64,000 nt of DNA, from contig CAWGMQ010000008.1 of NCBI GenBank assembly GCA_963823665.1, positions 256,001 to 320,000 on the forward strand, in the 5' to 3' direction. A program made the position numbers and the translations under genes. The notes below the pieces were generated by a model. It did not search any database and had not been told where the DNA came from. It saw only the letters and a program-made list of their open reading frames with translations. The stretch comes from an uncultured Planctomycetota bacterium. Its GTDB lineage: Bacteria; Planctomycetota; Planctomycetia; Isosphaerales; Isosphaeraceae. Of the stretch, positions 20,006-30,189 are shown one piece after another. The first letter of the stretch is position 1, and every line of letters starts with the position of its first letter.

Positions 20006-21662
20006 CTAATGGTTGAAGCGGAATTCGGAGTCTGTCAGCAAGATCCAGACGAGTCCGCGGCGTGCGTCGTCGGGTCGATCGGTGCGATCGGCGAGGAATT
20101 CACTCAACACGCGAATCTCGTCGCCATCAGCGGGGCGCGAGAGCACGTTACGCACCGCGACGTCCACGACCTCGGCATTTCCGCTGGCGCGTTCGAGACG
20201 GCCGACGAGCGTTCCGTTTTGATCGGACAAGAGGTCACCGCTGATTTTCTTACCATTGCTGAAGAGCAGCGCCTCGGACACGCCGATCTGAGGATCGCCG
20301 CCGGAGGTTGCGAACAACGCGGCAAGCGGCGCGGGCACTTTCCTCCAGAGCGTTCAGCCGCTTCTCGAACGCCTCGGATTGAAATTCCGACGGAAGGCTC
20401 GCGGGATCGACCGTGGCCAGCTTGAGCGATGTCGCAAGCTGCGCCGGCGAGAGCGGCCGCACGAGTGCCACCGCGAACAGGGAAGGCCGCGGCGGCTCGG
20501 CACCGCCTTCCCAGCGGCTGGCCCGGGCGTAGGCGTGGGAAAGAACCAGGCCGCGAATCAAGCGCCTCAGGTCGTAGCCATGATCGGCGAGGTCGCGGGC
20601 CAGCCAGGCCAGAAGTTCGGGATGACTCGGCGGGTTTGCCGAGTGCATCTGGTCCAGCGGCATGACCATCCCGTAGCCGAAGAGGCGGTGCCACACGCGA
20701 TTGCAGATCGCCCGGGAAAAGAACTCCCGGTCGGTTGGGGCCAGCGCCAGCTCGACCAGCTTGGCCCGCGCGCTGAACTTGGGCGACGGCGGCGGAACCT
20801 TGGCCTTCTTCGCGCGATCGAGCTCTTCCTTCTCTTTCTTCTGATCGTCCTTCGAGGGCTCCTTGGCGTCGGCTTCCTCAACCCGGCGCCCGGTGAGAAA
20901 CATCAGGCCCGCCTTGCGCTCGACGGCTTCGGTCGTCTTGAAGCGGATCGTGCCGTAGGCATGCTCGGCCAGGAAGCCGTCATTGCCGTTGCCGCTGACG
21001 AACGTTCGTGCCAGGAACCCCTTCATTCCATAGAAATGATCTTGCTTCCAGTCGCGAACCAGCGGGTGGTCGTGGCACTGGGCGCAACTGATGTTCACGC
21101 CGAAGAAGGTCGAGCTCACATCGGCGGTGAGCCGGTCCAGGTCATTGAGTCCCTGACGAAGATAAACGGCGGCCGCCTTCTGCGTCTTGTCCGTCTGGTC
21201 CGGGAGCAAGAGCTCGCGGAAGATGCGGTCCCACGGCCGGTTTTCTCCCACGGCCTGAACGAGGTAGTCGCGCAGGCTCGACTTGCGGCCGCCACCGCCG
21301 CCGGCCAAGAGCATCGTCTCAAGCTCGGTCACCTGATGCCGGGCAAAGCCGGGAGACGCCATCAAGCGGTCAACCAGGCGGACGAGCTTGTCGCGATCCG
21401 TCGATGCGACGTACGCACGCGACTCGGCGGCAGTGGGAATGCGCCCGGCAAGGTCAAGCGTCAACCGGCGGACCAGCGTCGCGTCGTCCGCACGGACGGC
21501 AGGAGTCACGCCTGCCTTCTTCAGTCCCGCGTCGATGTAATGATCCACGACTTCCGCGATCGAGCGATCCGGCGGTAGCAAATCGCCGGCTCTGGCAGCC
21601 GCTTCGATCTCGATGACCAGGAGTGCGGCGGCGACCGCGAAGGCCGGACGAAGCATCCTCAT
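20006..21662 (-). CDS. DUF1549/DUF1553 protein (frameshift near 20340)
   Basis: RRLTLDLAGRIPT, CAQCHDHP, NRVWHRLFGYG, NPPSHPELL. The C-terminus ...SEFRFNH is in a second frame. Confidence 0.9.
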
Positions 21663-21876
21663 CGTGGTTCCTCTTGCGCGTGATCAGCCTGGATGCAACA
21701 ATCGCTGCGTGCTGTGCGGAGAGAAAGCAAGGCCGAGGCAGGTATTTCATTTCATCGGAGGGAAGGAGAACAATTGTTTAATTTACTGTGTGGGCGAGTC
21801 CGACGCCACAGGTTTTTTTGACATTCCACGGCGCGAAGAAAGTCGATCTGCCAAGCAGCGACCGGCCAAATCTAAC

Positions 21877-21958
21877 GGCGGTGGGTCGCCTTGTTGGGCG
21901 CGGGTCTCCTGACCCCGCCCTCCTCATCGACCGCAGGTGTCCAGGCGACCGACCCGCC
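21877..21958. repeat. Intergenic REP-like stem-loop
   Basis: Outer arms ggcggtgggtcgcc / ggcgaccgacccgcc enclose an inner hairpin gcgggtctcctgaccccgc. Confidence 0.45.
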
Positions 21959-22140
21959 AATCGAATGATTGTCGCAGCACCAGGCGCAGTCTAAGGGGAG
22001 TGACCGCCCTGGCGTTTGCATTTTCAACGGCATCAAGAATCTCGCCTTGGAGAGCTTGTTCGCATGCGATAGGGTTGAATCCGTGGGGCGCCAGAATGGC
22101 CAAGATGGAGGGGAAATCTCTCTTTCGGGGCATGTTCACG

Positions 22141-22365
22141 ATGACGGGAACCGGGCTGGACAAGGCGCGGGCGGCCAAGGAACAGGTCAAGGCAGCCTTT
22201 GCGGGAAAGGCGTCTGTCGTGGGCATCGGCATTACCCGCGTGGGCGACGTCTACGGCGTAAAAGTCAACCTCGGCGCGGCACCGGAGGCGGACGCCAAGC
22301 TACCCGATACGATCGACGGCGTGCCCATCCGCGTCGAGGTGGTCGGGCCGATCAGCAAGCGCTGA
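22141..22365 (+). CDS. Small hypothetical protein (start uncertain)
   Basis: VVGIGITR...GVKVNL...LPDTIDGVPIRVEVVGPI, with coding-like codons. Confidence 0.7.
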   Translation: MTGTGLDKARAAKEQVKAAFAGKASVVGIGITRVGDVYGVKVNLGAAPEADAKLPDTIDGVPIRVEVVGPISKR

Positions 22366-22671
22366 ACGGGACCGGCTTGTCAATCCACCGCGATCGGGCG
22401 ATCTTTCGATCCGCTCCGCGGCTCACTTTTCGTCGGTGCTTAACCGGGCCGGCCGAACGGTTTGACGATTCGCATGCGCGATCCCAACGTCGCGGAGATC
22501 ACCCGTCGGCGCGTTCCCGCCGGGTTGACGCCAAACGGACTGTGCCCCTTACGTTGCGTCGACGGCGATGTCAAACCAGGGAATTCAGTCCGGCCTTTTC
22601 TTGATCTCACAGTGAGACTCCTCAGCCCTGGATTGCGCCAATCTAGGAAATCAACACAGGAGGCCGCTCTG

Positions 22672-25600
22672 GTGCCCGCTGATCCTCGCCGCGTGAAAGA
22701 GCTGTTCAACGCCGCCGTCGAATTGGCCGAACTGGCTGACCGGGCGGCTTTTCTCGACCGCGAATGCCGCGGCGACCGCGAGCTGCGCGCGCGTCTGGAT
22801 GACCTCATCGCGGCGTACAACCGCCCGGCGGGCGCACTGGAGAGCCCCCTCGCGGCGAATCCTTCCGGGTTCGTCGCGGGAGCTGCCAATCCGACCGCAG
22901 CCCGTTCCCCGTTGCCCGTCCGCGAGGACGATCAGACCGTCAGCATTCAACGCGAAACCCCGCCGCCGGCTTCCCTCATCGACACCATCATCGCCGGTCG
23001 CTACAAACTCCGCCAGGAGATCGGCGAGGGGGGCATGGGCTCGGTCTTTCTGGCCGAGCAGACGCAGCCGGTCAAGCGGCAGGTGGCTCTCAAGCTGATC
23101 AAGCCGGGCATGGACTCAAGAGCCGTGCTGGCTCGATTTGAATCCGAGCGTCAGGCCTTGGCGCTCATGGACCACCCGCACATTGCCAAAGTCCTCGACG
23201 CGGGAACTACCGAAGAAGCCCGCCCGTTCTTCGTCATGAAGCTGGTCAAGGGCATCCCACTCACGGATTATTGCGATCAGCACCGTCTCGGGCTGCCGGA
23301 ACGCCTGACCCTGTTCCGACAGATCTGCTCGGCCGTCCAGCACGCGCACCAAAAAGGCATCATCCATCGCGACTTGAAGCCGACGAACATCCTGGTGGAG
23401 AGCCACGATGGCCTGCCGGTGCCCAAGGTCATCGACTTCGGCCTGGCCAAGGCCACCAGCGGCCTGCAGCTCACCGAGCGCAGCCTATTCACCGCATTCG
23501 GCTCGGTTGCCGGCACGCCGCTGTACATGGCGCCGGAGCAGGCGGTGTTCAATGCCCTGGACGTTGACACCCGGGCCGACGTCTACGCGCTCGGGGTGAT
23601 CCTCTATGAGCTCTTGACCGGCAGCACGCCGATCCGTCGCGAGACGTTCCGGCAGGCCGCGATCGACGAGATGCTGCGATTGATCCGCGAACTCGAGCCG
23701 CCAACCCCGAGTAGCCGCATCAGCACGTCCGACACCTTGCCCAGTATCGCCGCCACGCGGCAGATCGAGCCAGCCGGCCTGGGCCGGTTCGTCCGCGGCG
23801 ACCTCGACTGGATCGTGATGAAGGCGCTGGCGAAGGAGCGTAACCGGCGATACGAATCGGCGACTGCGCTGGCGCAGGATCTTGAGCGATTCACGAATCA
23901 CGAGCCCGTGAGCGCAGGGCCGCCGACGGCCGCGTATCGGTTCCGGAAGTTTGCCCGCCGGCACCGCGCGGCCCTGGCAACGGCGGCAGGATTCGCGCTG
24001 CTCCTCATTGCCGCCACGGCCATGAGCGCGGGCCTCGCTGTCTGGGCGAATCGTGAGCGGGTGCGCGCGATGACGGCCGAGCAGGCGGCCAGGGACCAGC
24101 AAGCCCGCGCCCAGGACCGCGAGAAGCTGGCGATCGACGCCGTGCGGCGCTACGGCGACGTGGTCCGCGAGACGCCCGAGCTGAAGAACGACGCCGCGTT
24201 CGCCAGGCTCCGTGGCACGCTGCTGAAGGAGCCACAAGCGTTTTTCCAGAAGCTTCGGAATCGGCTCCAAGCGGACCAGGAGACCAGCCCGGAATCGCTC
24301 TCCAGGCTGGCACTGGCAAACTTCGACCTCGGCAAGCTGACGGACGAAATCGGCCACAAGCAGGACGCGCTGCGGGCCTTCGAGGAATCACTCGTCATCC
24401 GGCGGGAGCTCGCACGCGAGCACCCGATAGACACGGATTTCCAGACGGGGCCGGCAGACAGCCTTCATCGTGTAGCCGTGATCCACATGCAGGCGGGCCG
24501 ACCGGCAGAAGCGCGCCAGTTGCTGGACGAGGCCGCCGCGATCGGCGAACGGCTGGCGAGGGAGAACCCGTCGGCCACCGGGATTAAGCGCGACCTCGCC
24601 GGGGCTTATTTGAACATCGGCGTGCTGCAGAAAGACGCGGGACGGACGGACGAGGCGATTGAGTCGTATGAACGGTCGCGCGCGATGTGGGAGCGCCTGG
24701 CGCGTGAAGACCCGTCCTCAGTCGAGCTCCGCGCCGGTCTGGCGATGTGCCTGAACAACATCGGCTATCTGCAGCTTGGCACGGGTCGAACGGCCGAGGC
24801 GCTCAAGTCGCACGAGCAAGCTCGCGAAATCCGCGAGCAGCTCACGCGTGAAGCCCCCTCGGCGAGCTCGTTCCAGAACGACCTGGCCTTCAGCTTCGAG
24901 AACCTCTCGGAGGTCTACAATGCGATGGGTCAGGGAGCTAAGGCGTTGTCCTGTTGCAAGCAGGCCCTCGACATTCGCGAGCGCCTGGCGCACGACGAGC
25001 CATCGGTCACCGCATTTCGAAAAGACCTCGCCCGCTCGCACAACAACCTCGGCAACTTGCAAACCGCCACGGGCCAGATAGCTCGCGCGCTCGAATCATA
25101 CGAGCGGGCGGTTGCGATCCAGAAGCGCCTGGTGAGCGAGCAACCAACCTTCATCGAGTTCCAGAGCACCCTGGCCGCCTATGATTACAGCATCGCCATG
25201 CGGCAGCAGGACCTGGGTCGAACGGCCGAGGCACTTGAATCGCACGAGCGAGTCCGCGCAATCCGCGAACGGCTCGCGCGCGAAAACCCGTCCATCATCC
25301 AATTCCAGAGCGAGCTCGCTTACAGCCACAACAACATCGCCGTCCTGAAGCAGGCGATGGGACGGCCGGCGGAAGCGATTCAGTCCTATGCCCGGGGCCA
25401 AGCGATCCTGGAGCCGCTGGCGAGGGCAAACCCGTCGAACAGCGAGTTTCCGCGATACCCCGCCGGGAGTCATATGAACGTCGGCGGCCTGCACATTACA
25501 GCCGGCCGGCCCGCGGAGTCGGTGGCGTCGTTCGAGCGAGCCCGCGCAATCCAGGAGAAACTGGCACGCGAGCATCCCGATGCGCCCGACTTTGCCAGCG

Positions 25601-25872
25601 AGCTGGGCGGGACGTATCACAACCTGGCCGTGATCGCCCTGGGCCGGCGGCAATTCGACGAGGCCCGGGCCATCACGACCAGGGCCATCGAATGGCAGCG
25701 CAAAGCCGTGGCGGCCAACCCTTCGAATCCCAGCTTTCGGAAACACCTGATGAATCACCTGCAAAACCTGATCCTCGCCGACGAAGGCCTTGGCCGCGCC
25801 GCGGATGCCGACGCAACCCGCCGCGAGCTCGCCGAGCTGGCTGGAGGAGATCAGGCAAAGCGTGCGCGTTGA
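22672..25872 (+). CDS. Hanks-type Ser/Thr protein kinase with TM helix and TPR repeats
   Basis: AGGAGG RBS before GTG. GEGGMGSV, VALK, HRDLKPTN, DFG, GTPLYMAPEQ, then a TM and about 10 TPR-like repeats. Confidence 0.95.
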   Translation: MPADPRRVKELFNAAVELAELADRAAFLDRECRGDRELRARLDDLIAAYNRPAGALESPLAANPSGFVAGAANPTAARSPLPVREDDQTVSIQRETPPPASLIDTIIAGRYKLRQEIGEGGMGSVFLAEQTQPVKRQVALKLIKPGMDSRAVLARFESERQALALMDHPHIAKVLDAGTTEEARPFFVMKLVKGIPLTDYCDQHRLGLPERLTLFRQICSAVQHAHQKGIIHRDLKPTNILVESHDGLPVPKVIDFGLAKATSGLQLTERSLFTAFGSVAGTPLYMAPEQAVFNALDVDTRADVYALGVILYELLTGSTPIRRETFRQAAIDEMLRLIRELEPPTPSSRISTSDTLPSIAATRQIEPAGLGRFVRGDLDWIVMKALAKERNRRYESATALAQDLERFTNHEPVSAGPPTAAYRFRKFARRHRAALATAAGFALLLIAATAMSAGLAVWANRERVRAMTAEQAARDQQARAQDREKLAIDAVRRYGDVVRETPELKNDAAFARLRGTLLKEPQAFFQKLRNRLQADQETSPESLSRLALANFDLGKLTDEIGHKQDALRAFEESLVIRRELAREHPIDTDFQTGPADSLHRVAVIHMQAGRPAEARQLLDEAAAIGERLARENPSATGIKRDLAGAYLNIGVLQKDAGRTDEAIESYERSRAMWERLAREDPSSVELRAGLAMCLNNIGYLQLGTGRTAEALKSHEQAREIREQLTREAPSASSFQNDLAFSFENLSEVYNAMGQGAKALSCCKQALDIRERLAHDEPSVTAFRKDLARSHNNLGNLQTATGQIARALESYERAVAIQKRLVSEQPTFIEFQSTLAAYDYSIAMRQQDLGRTAEALESHERVRAIRERLARENPSIIQFQSELAYSHNNIAVLKQAMGRPAEAIQSYARGQAILEPLARANPSNSEFPRYPAGSHMNVGGLHITAGRPAESVASFERARAIQEKLAREHPDAPDFASELGGTYHNLAVIALGRRQFDEARAITTRAIEWQRKAVAANPSNPSFRKHLMNHLQNLILADEGLGRAADADATRRELAELAGGDQAKRAR

Positions 25873-25907
25873 TTCGCGGTTGATATGATGATCCGGAAGC
25901 GTGACCC

Positions 25908-26641
25908 GCGACGAGCACCGTCTCGGGCTGCCGGAACGCCTGACCCTGTTCCGCCAGATCTGCTCGGCCGTCCAGCACGCCCACCAAAAAGGCATCATCC
26001 ACCGCGACTTGAAGCCGACGAACATCCTCGTGGAAAGCCACGATGGAAAGTCCGTTCCCAAGGTCATCGACTTCGGCCTGGCCAAGGCCACCAGCGGCAT
26101 GCAGCTCACCGATCGCAGCCTGTTCACCGCTTTCGGATCCGTCGCGGGCACGCCGCTTTACATAGCGCCGGAGCAGGCTTCCTGGAGCGCGCTCGACATC
26201 GACACCCGGGCCGACATCTACGCGCTCGGGGTGATCCTCTATGAGCTCTTGACCGGCAGCACGCCGATCCGTCGCGAGACGTTCCGGCAAGCCGCGATCG
26301 ACGAGATGCTGCGCTTGATCCGCGAAGTCGAGCCGCCAACCCCGAGCAGCCGCATCAGCACGTCCGACACTTTGCCCAATCTCGCCGCCACGCGGCAAAG
26401 CGACCCGGCGAAGCTGAGCCGGTTCGTGCGTGGCGATCTGGACTGGATCGTGATGAAGGCGCTGGCGAAGGAGCGTAACCGGCGATACGAGTCCGCGATC
26501 GCACTGGCGCAGGATCTCGAGCGGTTCGCGAATCACGAGCCGGTAACCGCAGGGCCGCCTACGGCCGCCTACCGGTTTCGGAAATTCGCCCGCAGGCATC
26601 GTGCGGCCCTCGCAACGGGAGGAGCATTCGCGCTGCTCCTC
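25908..26641 (+). pseudogene. Kinase C-lobe-only paralogous fragment (colinear copy of 23273-24006)
   Basis: 734-bp gap-free alignment with the upstream kinase. It lacks the Gly-loop and VALK lysine, and YMAPE reads YIAPE. Confidence 0.8.
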
Positions 26642-26826
26642 CGAGATTCGACCCAAAGTCTTGCAAATCACCGCCTTTGCCAATATCTCTCAGGCGCAAG
26701 CGAGAAAATTAGTCAAAGCGAGTGCGCATCGCACGAGTCGCGGCATTGTATGATCGAGGGAACAAAGAACCGACCCGAAACACGGCTCTCCATGTTCATC
26801 GACGCAACCCGATTCGAGGCCGCACG

Positions 26827-29535
26827 ATGACCACTTCACGCCTGGCACAATCCCCATGGCAGTCACTCGATACGCTCTTTAGCGCTGGGGCCGTCGGCAC
26901 ATTACCCGACCCCGACTTGCTCAGGTGCTTCCGTAGCGAGGGCGGGGCACGCGGCGAGGAGGCCTTCCGCGTCCTGGTCGAGCGCCATGGCCCGATGGTG
27001 CTCTCGCTTTGCCATAGCTTGATTCCCGATTCACACGAAGCCGAAGACGCATTCCAGGCCACCTTTCTGGTGCTCGTGCGCAAGGGCCACACGATCTGGG
27101 TGCGCGATTCGGTCGGACCCTGGCTGTATGGCGTCGCCACGAAGGTTGCACGGCGGGCGCGGCGGCGCTCGATCACGCGGCAACGGTTTCAGGTCGCCAT
27201 CGCCGACGACGTCGCCGATTTGAAAACGAACGCGCCTGCGATTGACGTCCACTCGCACGAGATTGGTCGCGCCATCCACGAAGAGGTCGCCAGGCTGCCG
27301 GCAAGTCTTCGCGACGCGATCGTCCTCTGCACCTTCGAAGGCATGACCTACCACGCGGCGGCCCGCCAGCTCGGCGTGCCCGAGCCGACACTCCGCGGAC
27401 GGCTGCGCCGCGCCCGCCACCGGCTCGAATCCCAGCTTCGCCAGCGCGGTATCGCGGCACTGATGCCGGCCGCGCCACTGGCCGCGCCACCGCCGGCATT
27501 GGTTCGGTCCACAGTGCAGCACGCGGCCTGGTGGACATCGATGACCGGCTTGATCGGCGGCTCATCCGGCATCCCGGCTTCGATCGCCGTTCTGGCCCGA
27601 ACTGTGCTTCGCTCGATGATGCTCGGCGCATGCAAGGTGCCGGCCGCCATTGCGCTTCTTGCCGGCGGAATCCTGGCCGCCGCGGTGTGGGCTCAACCGG
27701 GCGAGCCGGTGAGACTGGCTGCCAGATCCGAGCCGCGGCCGAAGCAGTCAGCCAACCCAGCCGCTCAAGTCGCCGCCGCACCGCAGCCCCAACCAACCGC
27801 TCGACCCGGAGCCCGCGTCATCACAGGCCGCCTCACGGACGCAACTGGCCGGCCCGTCAGCGGCGCGAAGCTGATGTTCGCGCCAAAAACTCCGCTGCTT
27901 CCCTTCGAGGAGGGTGGCACGGCAGTTTCCGACGCCGAAGGCCGCTACCGGATCGAGCTTGCCGGTTTTCCACTCGGTGCGAACACCCTGCCGGCGACTG
28001 ATGCTGTTCGCTACCTCGTACTCGCGCCGGGATTTCGCAGCGAGTTTGGAAACATCGACGCGGGGAATACTCCGGTTGCTCTGGACGTTCGACTTTCGGC
28101 CGAGGAATGGCCACCGACCGAGATCCTCCTGGTCGATCGCGACGGCAAGCCTGTTGAGGGCGCCGAGCTGACGCTTCAGTTGGGAGGCTCCTTCACCTGG
28201 TCCCGCGAAACGTCTGACGCCCAGGGCCGCACGATCGTGAAATCGCCGCGCACACAGGGCTTCATGATGTCGATCCGCCGCGACGGGTTCCTTCCCACCC
28301 GGCTCGGCACACCGGGAACGGCCGAGGGTCCGCCGAAAAGCTTGTCCGTGCCGCTTTACCCCACAATTGAGGGAAGAGTCGTCGACGAGGCCGGCCTGCC
28401 GCTTTCGGGCATCAGGGTCGGCAGGCTGATCGCGCCCAACTATGACGCCGGTCTGGACAAGCCCAGCGATTATCTTGAGGTCCTCGCACCGGCCGGCTCG
28501 GCGAAACCGGCAATCACAGACAACCTGGGCCGCTTTCAACTGGCGCCGCGGATCACACTGGATAACCGCACCGGCAAATACAAGGTATGGCCGATGGCCG
28601 TCTGTTTCGCGGACGCCGAACTGCGCCGGGTTCACTTCCTCCGAGTCGACCTGGAAGCTCCGCGGCAGCCGTATGAGATCGTGCTGCGACCGGCTCGCCA
28701 CGTGCGAATTCCAATCGAACACGTCGTGATGGCTCCTTCGAGCTCGCTCGAAAGCTGGTGGGAGCTGAACGATCTGGCCGGCACCGGCAAGCCCGATCTT
28801 GGACTGTTCGTGATGCAAGGTCTCGTGCAGAAGCTGGGAACGGGCGGGAACTCTTCCCCGGGAGACTGGATTGATTCGTACTGGCCGGCGGGAAAGTACC
28901 GGGTCCAGGTCAATTCCGTCGTGACCGAGCCGCGAGAAGGAGCGGAAGAGACCTGGGCGGTAATCGTGGTGCCGCCAGGAGATGGTCCGCTCGTTCTTCC
29001 GCCAATTCAGATGACGGTCTTGCCCCTGCGCGGGCTGGTCAGCAAACCCGCGCCCGAAATCGACGCCAAGGATTTGAACACCGGAGCCCCGGTCAAGCTG
29101 GCCGACTTTAAGGGCAGGGTGGTCGTGCTCGATTTCTGGGGATACTGGTGCGGGCCGTGCATCGGGGCGATGCCGGCGCTCATGGAAGCCTACGACAAGT
29201 TCAAGGACAAGCCCGTCACGATCATCGCGCTGCACGACCAGTCGGTCCAGTCGCGAGTTGACTACGACCGGCGGCTCTCCGAGGTGAAGCGCCAGGCCTG
29301 GGGCAATCGCGAGCTGCCGTTCCAGGTGGCGCTCGATGTCCCCGATCCCAGCGCGCCCGCAGGAGTCGCTGCAATTGGACAAGGCATTACATGCAAGCGC
29401 TATCAGATCACCGGCTTCCCGACGACCCTCGTGATCGACCAGAACGGAAAAGTCGTCGGCAGGGTCGAGGTTCGCGAAAAAGGCAAGCTCGAAGCGATGT
29501 TGAACGAGCTGCTCAACAAGACTTCAAAAAAATGA
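26827..29535 (+). CDS. ECF sigma factor fused to TM, carboxypeptidase-regulatory-like domains and C-terminal TlpA-type thioredoxin
   Basis: [13 protein letters not shown] and region 4; GRLTDATGRPVSGA-type repeats; VVLDFWGYWCGPC...GFPTTLVIDQNGKV. Confidence 0.9.
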   Translation: MTTSRLAQSPWQSLDTLFSAGAVGTLPDPDLLRCFRSEGGARGEEAFRVLVERHGPMVLSLCHSLIPDSHEAEDAFQATFLVLVRKGHTIWVRDSVGPWLYGVATKVARRARRRSITRQRFQVAIADDVADLKTNAPAIDVHSHEIGRAIHEEVARLPASLRDAIVLCTFEGMTYHAAARQLGVPEPTLRGRLRRARHRLESQLRQRGIAALMPAAPLAAPPPALVRSTVQHAAWWTSMTGLIGGSSGIPASIAVLARTVLRSMMLGACKVPAAIALLAGGILAAAVWAQPGEPVRLAARSEPRPKQSANPAAQVAAAPQPQPTARPGARVITGRLTDATGRPVSGAKLMFAPKTPLLPFEEGGTAVSDAEGRYRIELAGFPLGANTLPATDAVRYLVLAPGFRSEFGNIDAGNTPVALDVRLSAEEWPPTEILLVDRDGKPVEGAELTLQLGGSFTWSRETSDAQGRTIVKSPRTQGFMMSIRRDGFLPTRLGTPGTAEGPPKSLSVPLYPTIEGRVVDEAGLPLSGIRVGRLIAPNYDAGLDKPSDYLEVLAPAGSAKPAITDNLGRFQLAPRITLDNRTGKYKVWPMAVCFADAELRRVHFLRVDLEAPRQPYEIVLRPARHVRIPIEHVVMAPSSSLESWWELNDLAGTGKPDLGLFVMQGLVQKLGTGGNSSPGDWIDSYWPAGKYRVQVNSVVTEPREGAEETWAVIVVPPGDGPLVLPPIQMTVLPLRGLVSKPAPEIDAKDLNTGAPVKLADFKGRVVVLDFWGYWCGPCIGAMPALMEAYDKFKDKPVTIIALHDQSVQSRVDYDRRLSEVKRQAWGNRELPFQVALDVPDPSAPAGVAAIGQGITCKRYQITGFPTTLVIDQNGKVVGRVEVREKGKLEAMLNELLNKTSKK

Positions 29536-29578
29536 GCGCCGGGCGCGATTACCACACGGCCGGCCAGGACGGGGATGG

Positions 29579-30016
29579 TCAATCCTGCTCCTCCAGCACC
29601 ATTCGCTTCGCCAGCGGACCATCTCTCGCCGCAAACCGCGAGTATCCGGGCTTTTCGCCTTCCGACAGAGACGCGATCAGGTCGCCGAACAGATAGACAA
29701 ACGCTGTGGGCCGCTCACCCGTGTATTCCCATTCCACGGTGATGTCTTCGAGCGACACCGGCTTCTGAATACAGCCTTCGTCCTTCGTGTACCCCCTACA
29801 GTTGGCGAACGGCAGTTTGCTTCGATCACTCCATTCGGACCGATCAGGCGTTTCACAGCGGTTATAAAGCCAGACGTCACCCAGAATGGCTTTGCCTTTT
29901 TTCAGGTAGGCATAGCCAACCTTGCCGTCGTCATCGAATGTCAGCGTAAGTGCGCCGCAGGGCGAAGTGAAATCAACCATCAATTCCATCGGGTGACCCA
30001 TTTGAGTGCCTTCCAT
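29579..30016 (-). CDS. Hypothetical protein, DUF2251/immunity-like (start uncertain)
   Basis: FDDDGKVGYAYL...GDVWLYN and KPGYSR...GPLA, with lower GC than its neighbours. Confidence 0.55.
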   Translation of the reverse strand: MEGTQMGHPMELMVDFTSPCGALTLTFDDDGKVGYAYLKKGKAILGDVWLYNRCETPDRSEWSDRSKLPFANCRGYTKDEGCIQKPVSLEDITVEWEYTGERPTAFVYLFGDLIASLSEGEKPGYSRFAARDGPLAKRMVLEEQD

Positions 30017-30189
30017 TCGCGGTCCGGCTTTCCGCGCGAGAGGCTGAAGCGCGGCGACAGCCGATCCGTATCAAAGGCTCAGAGCGTGATCTATCCTAAA
30101 GCATTGTCGCGGTGGGTCCAATGCGATAGCCTGGCAAAGCAGAGACACCGCGCGACTTTGAGCCGCGAGTTTGCAGGAATTCCCAGCCC

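Noticed and set aside
21789..21823. Intrinsic terminator or TTGACA promoter on the + strand
   Set aside because: A hairpin and T7 run are present, but no + strand gene ends upstream and there is no convincing -10 at the correct spacing.
25908..26641. DGR template/variable repeat pair with 23273-24006
   Set aside because: Mismatches are mostly at third codon positions and are not adenine-specific. The repeat is much longer than a typical TR, and there is no reverse transcriptase in the window.
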